Position numbers and translations under genes: made by a program. Below, piece by piece: positions 55,942 through 64,000 of a DNA stretch of 64,000 nt. How positions within the stretch are numbered: position 1 is the stretch's first letter; each line of letters starts with the position of its first letter. This DNA is from Myxococcota bacterium. Its GTDB lineage: Bacteria; Myxococcota_A; UBA9160; SZUA-336. The stretch lies in the NCBI GenBank assembly GCA_965247115.1, contig CBDFGR010000003.1, positions 768,001 to 832,000 of the forward strand. Direction: 5' to 3'. Under the pieces are notes generated by a model that was not told the DNA's origin, did not search any database, and saw only the letters and a list, made by a program, of their open reading frames with translations.

Positions 55942-57594
55942 ATGACCGATCAGGCTGTGTCGAGTACCGAGCGGAACCGCGGTCCGGGTGTCGAGACCGA
56001 CTACGAAGTGGTGGTCATGGGGGCTGGTGTGGCGGGGATCTACCAGATCAAGCGGCTCATTGATTCTGGCGTGAAGGCCACCGTGCTTGAGGGCCACGCC
56101 GATCTGGGCGGAACCTGGTACAAGAACCGCTACCCCGGGGCTCGCTTCGACTCGGAGAGCGTCACCTACGGGTACTCCTTCAGCCGGGAGTTACTGGACG
56201 AGTGGCACTGGACGGAGATGTTCTCGCCCCAGCCGGAGACCCTGCGCTATCTCAACCACGTGGCCGAAAAGTTCGACCTCCGCCGCCACATGCAGTTCAA
56301 CTGCTTCGTCGAGGCGATGACCTTCGACGAGCGGACCGACGTCTGGAGGCTCCGTCTCCAGGATGGGAGAGAGTTGACGACCCGGTTCGTGGTGACCGGC
56401 ATCGGCGTGATATCGACACCGACGCTGCCTCAGATCGAGGGGATGGACAGCTTCGAGGGTCCGTCCTTCCACCCACACGAGTGGCCCGAGGAAGGGGTCG
56501 ACCTCGAGGGCAAGCGGGTGGCGGTGATCGGCACCGGAGCAACCGCCATACAAATCATCCCCGAGGTGGCCAAGGAGGCGGCCCAGCTCACCGTGTTCCA
56601 GCGGCGCCCCAACTGGGCGGCCCCAATAAACAACAGGCCGATCTCCGAGGAGGAGATGGCCGAGATCCGTACGCGCTACGACGAGATCTTCGCCAACTGC
56701 GCACGGAGCCCTGGCGGGTTCGAGCACATTCCCGACCGCCGGGGCTTCTACAACGTTCCGCGTAAAGAACGACTGGAGCTGTGGGACCGCCTCTACGATG
56801 GGCCCGGCTTCGGGATCTGGTTGCAGAACTTCGTCGAGATCTTCATGGACGAGGATGCCAACGCCGAGTTTTCCGAGTACATCGCCGACCGGATCCGTCA
56901 GCGGGTCGACGATCCGGAGCTGGCGGAGAAGCTCATCCCCAAGGATCACGGCTTCGGGATCCAGCGTCTTCCGCTGGAGACGGGCTACTTCGAGGCCTAC
57001 AACCGCGAAAGCGTCCTCCTGGTCGACGGCAGCGAGACCCCGATCCAGCGGATCACCCCCACCGGGATCCGGACGACCGACCGGGACTACGAGTTCGACC
57101 TGATCGTCTACGCCACGGGATTCGACGCCTTCACGGGCGCCTTCGACCAGATCAACATCGAGGGCACCGGAGGGCAGAAGCTGCGGGCCAAGTGGGCCGA
57201 CGGTCCCGTCACCTACCTCGGGCTGCTGGTGCACGGCTTCCCCAACCTGTTGATGCTCGGCGGGCCCCAGAGCGCGGCCACCAACTTCCCGCGGGGGGCT
57301 GAGACCGCCGTCGACTGGATCAGTCCCCTGCTCGAGTACGCCTGGAAGCACGGCCATACCCGCGTCGAGGCCACCGCCGAGGCCGAGCGGGAATGGTGCG
57401 ACCACGTCGCCGACATGTACAAGCCGCTCCTGCTGCGCAAGGCCAAGAGCTGGATCACGGGCTACAACTCCAACCTGGAAGGCCACGAGTACGGCAAGAT
57501 GCGCTGCAACATCTACAATGGCGGTGGACCGAAGTACACCGGCCGACTCGCCCAGGTGGCCGCCGACGACTACCAGGGCATCGTCCTCTCCTGA
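55942..57594 (+). CDS. Baeyer-Villiger monooxygenase
   Basis: GAG.AG, GGTW..NRYPG.R.D, F.G..FH...W fingerprint, IGTGATA.Q, ATGF. Confidence 0.95.
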   Translation: MTDQAVSSTERNRGPGVETDYEVVVMGAGVAGIYQIKRLIDSGVKATVLEGHADLGGTWYKNRYPGARFDSESVTYGYSFSRELLDEWHWTEMFSPQPETLRYLNHVAEKFDLRRHMQFNCFVEAMTFDERTDVWRLRLQDGRELTTRFVVTGIGVISTPTLPQIEGMDSFEGPSFHPHEWPEEGVDLEGKRVAVIGTGATAIQIIPEVAKEAAQLTVFQRRPNWAAPINNRPISEEEMAEIRTRYDEIFANCARSPGGFEHIPDRRGFYNVPRKERLELWDRLYDGPGFGIWLQNFVEIFMDEDANAEFSEYIADRIRQRVDDPELAEKLIPKDHGFGIQRLPLETGYFEAYNRESVLLVDGSETPIQRITPTGIRTTDRDYEFDLIVYATGFDAFTGAFDQINIEGTGGQKLRAKWADGPVTYLGLLVHGFPNLLMLGGPQSAATNFPRGAETAVDWISPLLEYAWKHGHTRVEATAEAEREWCDHVADMYKPLLLRKAKSWITGYNSNLEGHEYGKMRCNIYNGGGPKYTGRLAQVAADDYQGIVLS

Positions 57595-57768
57595 GGAGGG
57601 ACCTGGCCCGACCCTGGCGGTTGAGGACGCTGACGGGGAGCTGCTAGTCGGTGCGCCTTTGGAGGGGTCTCCAATGCGCCGGCAAAGGGAGCAGCTAGCA
57701 GAGTCCAGCCTGAATACCTGTACAGTCGGGTTCCAATTTCATGATGTCGACGGCTGGTAGGTGACCGG

Positions 57769-59019
57769 ATGGCGCTTCCGACGCGATACAAGATGATCGG
57801 TGTCCTCACCACGGGGACAATGATCAACTACATCGATCGCGTGAACATCTCGGTCGCTGCCCCCGAGATCATGAGGGAGACGGGCTGGGATGAGGGGCGC
57901 TTTGGGCTGGTCCTATCTGCGTTCCTTGTCGGGTATGCCCTCTTTCAGTATCCCGGAGGCGTCATTGCCGACCGCTGGAGCCCCCGGAGGCTGCTTGCCC
58001 TCGCTTGCTTTGGGTTCTCCTTCTTCACCGCTCTCACCCCATTGGGACAGGGCGGCTTTTTGCTCCTCCTGCTCCTGCGCTTCCTTGTCGGCGGCTGCGA
58101 ATCGGTCAGCTTCCCGACAGCGGCATCTCTCAACTCGAGGTGGATCCCGCGCGAGGAGTACAGCCGCGCCCAGACCGTAACGATTTCCGGCGCGGCCTTG
58201 GGGCAGATGGTGGCCTATCCGTCGACGGCCTGGATCATTGAGAACTACTCGTGGGAAACCGTCTTCTATTTCAACGCCGCGCTTGGCTTCGCCTGGATGA
58301 CGCTTTGGCTGTGGTATTCCACCGACACTCCGCGTGAGCATGCCTCGATCACCGCAGAAGAGCTTCGAGAGATCGAAGATGGGCTGGCGTCGAAGACCGA
58401 ACCCGCTTCTGTCCCGCTCTGGTCCATCGTGAGCACGTCGTCGGTGATCTCGCTGTGCGCGAGCTACATGCTGTTTGGCTTTATCGTCTGGATCTTCATC
58501 CTGTGGTTCCCGAGCTATCTCGTCCAAGCGCGAGGCTTCTCAGTGATGCAGATGGGGTTGGTGGGCATGATCCCCCACGGCGCCGGGTTCATCGGTCAGA
58601 TCACGGGTGGTGTCATCTCCGATGCCCTGTTGAAACGGGGCTACAGCGCCCGGACGGCGAGGGCGCGCGTTCCCGGAACCTGGGTGGGCCTCTCGGTGCC
58701 GTTTCTCGTCGCAGCCGTCATCGTGCAGTCAGGCACGCTCTCCGTCGTGTTGTTCGCGTTCTTCTTCTTCACCCTTTCGCTGGCGGTCTCCGGCTACTGG
58801 TCGCTCCCGCTCGAGCTCAATCCCCGGCTCGTTGGCAGGATCTCCGGCGTGATGAATACCTCCGGCAACATGGCCGGCATCTTTGGTCCCATCACGGCGG
58901 GCATGATCGTCGCCCACACGGGCAACTGGGACTTGCCGTTCTTCCTAGCGGCGGGTCTAGCGGTTCTGAGCAGCCTGATCTTCGTCTTCCTGGTCTCCAC
59001 CAAGCCCGTCGTCTCTTGA
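57769..59019 (+). CDS. MFS transporter (ACS family)
   Basis: INY.DR.N.S.A, Q.PGG..ADR, W.P..E. Confidence 0.93.
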   Translation: MALPTRYKMIGVLTTGTMINYIDRVNISVAAPEIMRETGWDEGRFGLVLSAFLVGYALFQYPGGVIADRWSPRRLLALACFGFSFFTALTPLGQGGFLLLLLLRFLVGGCESVSFPTAASLNSRWIPREEYSRAQTVTISGAALGQMVAYPSTAWIIENYSWETVFYFNAALGFAWMTLWLWYSTDTPREHASITAEELREIEDGLASKTEPASVPLWSIVSTSSVISLCASYMLFGFIVWIFILWFPSYLVQARGFSVMQMGLVGMIPHGAGFIGQITGGVISDALLKRGYSARTARARVPGTWVGLSVPFLVAAVIVQSGTLSVVLFAFFFFTLSLAVSGYWSLPLELNPRLVGRISGVMNTSGNMAGIFGPITAGMIVAHTGNWDLPFFLAAGLAVLSSLIFVFLVSTKPVVS

Positions 59020-59084
59020 CCGTGGGCCGGACAGAGGGGCTATGCTGGATCTCCTCGGCGATGCTGCCGGAACGGAGGAGAGAG

Positions 59085-59426
59085 ATGCCCAACCCCGTCG
59101 TTCACTTCGAGGTCACCAGCAAGGATGGCGCGGCGCTCCAGCGCTTTTATACCGACGCTTTCGGTTGGTCCGTCGATGCCAACAACCCCATGAAATACGG
59201 CATGGTGGAGGCCGAAACCCAGGGAATCGGTGGCGGCATCGGGACGGAGGATCCGGCGATCGTCACGTTCTACATCCAGGTGGATGACCCGGCTGTCTAC
59301 CTTCAGAAGGTGCAGTCGCTCGGAGGCAAGATCGTACAGGAGCCGCAGGATGTCCCCGGTGGACCCACGGTCGCGCGCTTTGCGGACCCAGCGGGAAACG
59401 TCATCGGTCTCGTCAAGGCCCCGTAG
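59085..59426 (+). CDS. VOC/glyoxalase family protein
   Basis: VVHFE, FY...FGW, GG.I, F.DP.GN..GL. Confidence 0.92.
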   Translation: MPNPVVHFEVTSKDGAALQRFYTDAFGWSVDANNPMKYGMVEAETQGIGGGIGTEDPAIVTFYIQVDDPAVYLQKVQSLGGKIVQEPQDVPGGPTVARFADPAGNVIGLVKAP

Positions 59427-59462
59427 GACTTCATCGCACGGCGCCAGATGACCCGGGCCGTT

Positions 59463-60110
59463 CTATCCCTCATCGCCTGCGGATTGGTCCGGAGGGCTGC
59501 TCGCGAGCACGCGGCGGACGGCGGCTTGGAGCGCGGGCAGCAGCTCCACGCCGAACCAGGGGTGGCGAATCAGCCAGTGGGCGTTTCTAGGCGAGGGATG
59601 CGGAAGCGGAAACAGAGCGGGAGCGTACAGCCGCCAGTCGGCGACGCGGTCCACCAGACGTCGGGGTGAGTCACTCCCGAAGATGCGGCGCTGGGCATGG
59701 GTTCCGATCGCAAGCGTCATCTCGATGCCCGTCAGGGCCCGCCGGAACTTCTCGAACCAGAGGTCCGCGCAGCGGGGGATCGGCGGTCTGTCGGCGCCCC
59801 CTGGAGCCTTGCCGGGATAGCACAACCCGACGGGCAGAATGGCGAAGAGCTCTGGCGTGTGAAACTGACGCTCGTCCACGCCTAGCCAGTCGCGGAGCCG
59901 GGCACCGCTGGCGTCGTTCCAGGGGCGGCCTGTCTCCTGAACCCGACGGCTCGGGGCCTGTCCGACAATCAGGATGCGGGCCTGGGAATGGACGCGGAAG
60001 ACGGGACGGGGGGCGTGGGGCAGCTCGCCCGCACACGCCAGACAACCCCGCGCCTCGCGGGCGATGGCCTCGAGCTCCGTACCTGCAGAGTCTGCCAAAG
60101 CGTCTACGAT
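59463..60110 (-). CDS. Uracil-DNA glycosylase family protein (start uncertain)
   Basis: C..C, IVGQAP..RV..TG.PW.D.SG.RLR.W, CYPG, LPHPSPRN. Confidence 0.9.
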   Translation of the reverse strand: MVDALADSAGTELEAIAREARGCLACAGELPHAPRPVFRVHSQARILIVGQAPSRRVQETGRPWNDASGARLRDWLGVDERQFHTPELFAILPVGLCYPGKAPGGADRPPIPRCADLWFEKFRRALTGIEMTLAIGTHAQRRIFGSDSPRRLVDRVADWRLYAPALFPLPHPSPRNAHWLIRHPWFGVELLPALQAAVRRVLASSPPDQSAGDEG

Positions 60111-60147
60111 GCGTTCGATGCCCGACTGAAGTTGGAGAGGATCCGGA

Positions 60148-60513
60148 TTGCCTTTTCGTCTGAAGCGAGTGTACCAGTCGCCGGAGACAGACGATGGGTT
60201 CCGAGTCCTGGTCGAGCGGTTGTGGCCGAGGGGAGTGAGCAAGCAAGCCGCACGGCTGGACCTGTGGTTGAAGGATGCGGCGCCGTCTAGCGAGCTTCGG
60301 CGCTGGTACGGGCACGACCCCAGCCGCTGGTTGGAATTCCGGACCCGCTACCACGCGGAACTCGAACAGAAGAACCAGCTCCTGGTACCACTGGTGAAGC
60401 GAGCAGAAGCAGATCCTGTAACGCTCCTGTTCGCCTCTCGAGAAGAGCGCCTCAACAGCGCGGCGGCGCTGCTGGCGTATCTGCAGCGCGAAGTCAGGCC
60501 AGCTGAGCCGTAG
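60148..60513 (+). CDS. DUF488 family protein
   Basis: KRVY....DG.RVLV.RLWPRG..K, APS.ELR.W. Confidence 0.92.
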   Translation: MPFRLKRVYQSPETDDGFRVLVERLWPRGVSKQAARLDLWLKDAAPSSELRRWYGHDPSRWLEFRTRYHAELEQKNQLLVPLVKRAEADPVTLLFASREERLNSAAALLAYLQREVRPAEP

Positions 60514-60640
60514 ACCCTGTCCACGGGTGAAGTCGGGCAACCTCGCCACGCATCCAACGGCGGGCGAAGAACGACGGGTACAATTGGGCTTTGCGTGCGC
60601 GTCGGCCTGCTAGAGCGGATGTGCCAAAGGAGGGACGGAC

Positions 60641-60862
60641 GTGTTGGAGCTTCTCATTGGTGGATTCGGTCTCTTCGGGTTTGCGGTTGCGATCTCTCTG
60701 GTCGTGCTCGCAGTTCTCTGGTTCATCTTGCCGTTTGCCGTGTTCGGCACGAAGCAGAGGCTGGATCGCCTCATCTCCTCGACGAACGCCGTTGTAGAGA
60801 CACTGGAAGGAATCCACTACGAGCTTCGAGAGCTGCGCGGCGAGCTGACTCGGAGCAGTTGA
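60641..60862 (+). CDS. Small membrane protein
   Basis: GGAGG RBS; TM plus LPFAVFG.K..LD. Confidence 0.7.
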   Translation: MLELLIGGFGLFGFAVAISLVVLAVLWFILPFAVFGTKQRLDRLISSTNAVVETLEGIHYELRELRGELTRSS

Positions 60863-60911
60863 GAGATCCGGGCATCTTGAAGCCGTCCCTGCAACGTGCA
60901 AGGATTCAGGG

Positions 60912-61157
60912 ATGCGCAAGACCCTATCGGCAGTTGCGGCATTGCTCGCGCTCTCTGTGCTGACAGGTTGCACCTCCTATTACCGCGTCCAGGATCCACA
61001 GTCTGGCAAGGTCTACTACACGCGGGATCTCGACCGGAACAGGGGTGGGAGTGTTCAGTTCGAGGACGCGAACTCGGGCAGCGAGATCACGCTCCAGTCG
61101 TCCGAGGTCCTCGAGATCGACAAGGACGAGTACCGGGCGAATACCTCCGAGAGGTAG
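60912..61157 (+). CDS. Small lipoprotein (YgdI/YgdR-like)
   Basis: Lipobox LTG-C; YY.V.DP.SGK.YYT. Confidence 0.8.
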   Translation: MRKTLSAVAALLALSVLTGCTSYYRVQDPQSGKVYYTRDLDRNRGGSVQFEDANSGSEITLQSSEVLEIDKDEYRANTSER

Positions 61158-61169
61158 GCTCCCGCTGGG

Positions 61170-61973
61170 TCAGGGAACCTGAGCGAGCCACGACGCGTCG
61201 TCGAACCAGCGCTTCCGCAGCCGGTCGAGCAGGCCCGTTGCCTGTAACGCGCCCATGTAGTTCTCGACCAGGTTCACGAGCAGTGGATCCCCTGCAGGTA
61301 GGGCAATCCCGATCGGCTCCACGCTGAGCGGCGTGGCTGCCGCGAGTCCGGCGTTCGGGTTGCGAAGCACCGACAGCACGCAGATCGGGTAGTCCGCCAC
61401 CAGCGCGTCGACCTCGTCCTTGATGACCATCTGGACCGCCTCGTCGTAGTTGTCGACCGTGACCAGGGTGGCCTCGGGTGTGACGGCCTCGATGAACTTC
61501 TGGCTGGTGGAGTTCCGGAGTGCGGCCAGCTTCAGGTCGGCCATGTTGATGTCCTCTGCGTTCTCCGCCCGCGCCAGTGCCTCGGAGTTCGTGAGGATCG
61601 ACTTTCCCGATACAATGTAGGGACCTACAAACGCGACCTTCATGTTGCGCTCGAGGGTGATGGTCATCCCCGACATCACCATATCGACCTCACCTCCCTG
61701 CAGGGCACCGAGGAGCTCCGGGAAGGGCTTCTCGACGATCCTCAGCTTGACCCCAATGGCCTCGGCGAGCAGCGCCGCCAGGTCGCGATCGAGCCCGATC
61801 ACCTCACCATCCCGGTTCCTGGTGTTGAAGGGCGGCTGGCTGCCCGACATGCCGACGCGAAGCTCACCTTCTTTGGTGATTCGCGTGAGGATCGGGGAGT
61901 CCTCGGTGTGCGCGGTGCTCGGCGCAGCGAGGAAGAGCGCGGACAGGATGACGAAGAGCGCCGATCTCAGCAT
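61170..61973 (-). CDS. Polar amino-acid ABC transporter substrate-binding protein
   Basis: G.LRVG.....PPF, G.D.D.A, D...SGM.IT.ER, F..PY. Confidence 0.92.
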   Translation of the reverse strand: MLRSALFVILSALFLAAPSTAHTEDSPILTRITKEGELRVGMSGSQPPFNTRNRDGEVIGLDRDLAALLAEAIGVKLRIVEKPFPELLGALQGGEVDMVMSGMTITLERNMKVAFVGPYIVSGKSILTNSEALARAENAEDINMADLKLAALRNSTSQKFIEAVTPEATLVTVDNYDEAVQMVIKDEVDALVADYPICVLSVLRNPNAGLAAATPLSVEPIGIALPAGDPLLVNLVENYMGALQATGLLDRLRKRWFDDASWLAQVP

Positions 61974-62049
61974 GGTGGGAGTCTCCAGTGAGTTGAGTGT
62001 AGACAGGCCGACGGGAGCGAGCCGGATTGTACCTCAGGACCGCCTGGCG

Positions 62050-63261
62050 CTACTCGTATCGCAGCGCTTCGATGGGCGTGAGGAAGGACGCTCTCCGCGC
62101 GGGCCAGAGGCCAAAGAGAAGCCCTACGACGGCGCTGAACGCGAAGGCCAAACCTACGGCCCCGGGGGAGACCAGAGTGTTCCAGCCGGCGAACTTCGAC
62201 AGGGCGGCCGCACCCGCCCAGCCCAGCGCGATGCCGACCAGTCCTCCCACCAGACACAGCACGAGGGCCTCGACGAGAAACTGCAGCAAGATGTCGCGGC
62301 GGGTCGCGCCGAGGGCCTTGCGGATCCCGATCTCGCGGGTGCGCTCGGTCACCGAGACCAGCATGATGTTCATGATCCCGATCCCGCCCACGATCAGACT
62401 CACCACCGCGATGCTAGCTAGTAGGTAGGTGAGGATGAGCGAGGTCTGCTGCTGCGTGTCCAGGATCTCCTGGCGGTTCCGGATACGAAAGTCGTTTGTA
62501 CCACCCGGGCGGATCTTGTGCTCTCGGCGCAAGACCGCCTCGAGCTCCACCATCCCCTGCTCAACGGGGACCCGCTCGGCGATCTGCACCGTGATCGATT
62601 GCAGACGATCGGTGCCGAATACACGGTACTGTGCAGTCGACAGCGGGATCAGAATCTGCTCGTCGGGATTCGACCAGGATCCTTCGGAGCCCTTCTCGTC
62701 GAATACTCCGATGATCTCGAATGGGATGCCTCGAATCAGGAGCGTCCGGTGGATGAGCGCGGCCGGGTTGCTCTCGAGCAGGTCCGGTACGGAAGCTCCA
62801 AGCAGCGCGTAGCGCTGCCTGGCATTCTCATCTCCCGCAGTGAACATTCGGCCGTACCTCACGCGAAAGTTCCGAACCTCGTGGTAGTTCGGCGTTGACC
62901 CGGTCACGTTGAGGTTGACGTTCTGGTTGCCGTACTTGATCTGGAGCTGGCGCCGGATCTCGGGCACAACCGTCGCAATGAGGGGAGCCGCGGCGAGTGC
63001 ATCGGCATCCGCGGTGGTGAGACTGACGCGGGCGCTGGCGGCAACCCCTCGGTGGTACGACTGTCCGGCGTAGACAGTCAACAGGTTGGCACCGAGGGCC
63101 TCGATCTTCTCCTCGATCGCGCGCTGCGCTCCGTTCCCTAGCGCGACCATCGTGATCACTGCGGCAACGCCGATGATGATGCCGAGCATGGTCAGGCTAG
63201 CGCGGAGACGGTTCGCGCGAATCGATTGAAAGGCCAGACCGATCGGCTCGTCGAGCCGCAC
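62050..63261 (-). CDS. MacB-family ABC permease
   Basis: R..LT.LGIIIG, VGGIGIMNIMLVSVTERTREIG.RKA.GA, PI.ALRYE. Confidence 0.95.
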   Translation of the reverse strand: MRLDEPIGLAFQSIRANRLRASLTMLGIIIGVAAVITMVALGNGAQRAIEEKIEALGANLLTVYAGQSYHRGVAASARVSLTTADADALAAAPLIATVVPEIRRQLQIKYGNQNVNLNVTGSTPNYHEVRNFRVRYGRMFTAGDENARQRYALLGASVPDLLESNPAALIHRTLLIRGIPFEIIGVFDEKGSEGSWSNPDEQILIPLSTAQYRVFGTDRLQSITVQIAERVPVEQGMVELEAVLRREHKIRPGGTNDFRIRNRQEILDTQQQTSLILTYLLASIAVVSLIVGGIGIMNIMLVSVTERTREIGIRKALGATRRDILLQFLVEALVLCLVGGLVGIALGWAGAAALSKFAGWNTLVSPGAVGLAFAFSAVVGLLFGLWPARRASFLTPIEALRYE

Positions 63262-63262
63262 G

Positions 63263-64000
63263 CTACTGGCGCCCCGAGGAGCGCATGCCGGGGATCCCCC
63301 GGCCCATCATCCGGTCGACGCGTCGACGAAAGCGCTCCTGGGCCTCCACGAGGCCGGCGCTCGGGAGCAGCAGGACCGCATCCGACTCCGTGAGTCCGCG
63401 CTTGACTTCACTGTAGTCAAGGTCCGTAAGCCCGACTCTCACGTTCCGGGCTTGCGGCCCTGTGTCCGTGAGCACGAACACGATGTAGTCTCCCCCGAAT
63501 ACGGAGCTGGCAGCTGAGGGGGTCGGTCTGTCACGGCGCGGGGAGCCCTCGGCCGGACCGTCGTGCTCAGGAACGCGCCGAGAAGTGTCCCGCTCGGGCG
63601 CACCGACCGGAGCGCCGTTTTCGATCGCCCCGTCGGTCTGCAGCTCGCGATCCGGCCGTCGGAGCTGCGCCTGCACCACCTCCAACGACAAACCGAGCAC
63701 GCGTGCTGCCGAGCTGACATCGCGCTGCGTCCGCAGTGCCGCGTTCGGGACCGCCAGCGCCTGCGTACGACTGCCGATATGGATCTCGACCTCGCTGTTC
63801 ATGCCTGGCTGAAGCAGGCCCTCGCTATTCTCGATCCGCACCAGCACCGGGAACATGGTCACGTTCTGCTCCGTGAACGCCTGTGGCTCGATCTTCGTGA
63901 CGACGCCAGCGAACGGTCGGGTCGGGTAGGCCGCCACCGTCACGGTCGCCCGCAGCCCGGGCGAGATCTTGCCAATGTCGGTCTCGTCGACCAGGGTTCG
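63263..64000 (-). CDS. MacA-like periplasmic adaptor (5' end outside window)
   Basis: VDE.DIG.I, V.A.P...F.G.V..I.P, L.PGM, VP.AAL, V.VG..D. Confidence 0.9.
   Translation of the reverse strand, partial: RTLVDETDIGKISPGLRATVTVAAYPTRPFAGVVTKIEPQAFTEQNVTMFPVLVRIENSEGLLQPGMNSEVEIHIGSRTQALAVPNAALRTQRDVSSAARVLGLSLEVVQAQLRRPDRELQTDGAIENGAPVGAPERDTSRRVPEHDGPAEGSPRRDRPTPSAASSVFGGDYIVFVLTDTGPQARNVRVGLTDLDYSEVKRGLTESDAVLLLPSAGLVEAQERFRRRVDRMMGRGIPGMRSSGRQ

Overview
High-GC bacterial window. About 0.8-41.5 kb is a near-complete lambda-like temperate siphovirus prophage. Its late/morphogenesis and replication genes lie on the minus strand, with a cro/cI switch at ~34.2 kb and a Sak4/SSB/Cas4-like recombination module plus tyrosine integrase on the plus strand. 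It ends in a duplicated 3' end of tRNA-Sec (selC) that marks the right att site; the left att is not in the window, which starts inside an IS256 element. The phage left end carries unusual cargo: a frameshifted NYN RNase behind a compact two-hairpin leader RNA, a Leu-bodied tRNA-like gene with a TGG anticodon, and a lysis region with two different M15 peptidases flanking a lipoprotein and a phospholipase A2-like protein. Several phage genes carry indels, so this is either a decaying prophage or assembly error. About 41.5-64 kb is host DNA: GST, two MFS transporters, CocE hydrolase, a fetB-like pseudogene, HPF, an EAL phosphodiesterase, an IS5-family element with TTAG target duplication, MoeB-rhodanese, tRNA-Leu(CAA), a BVMO, UDG, DUF488, an ABC substrate-binding protein and MacAB-type genes. 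All family calls come from motif recognition by eye, not database searches.
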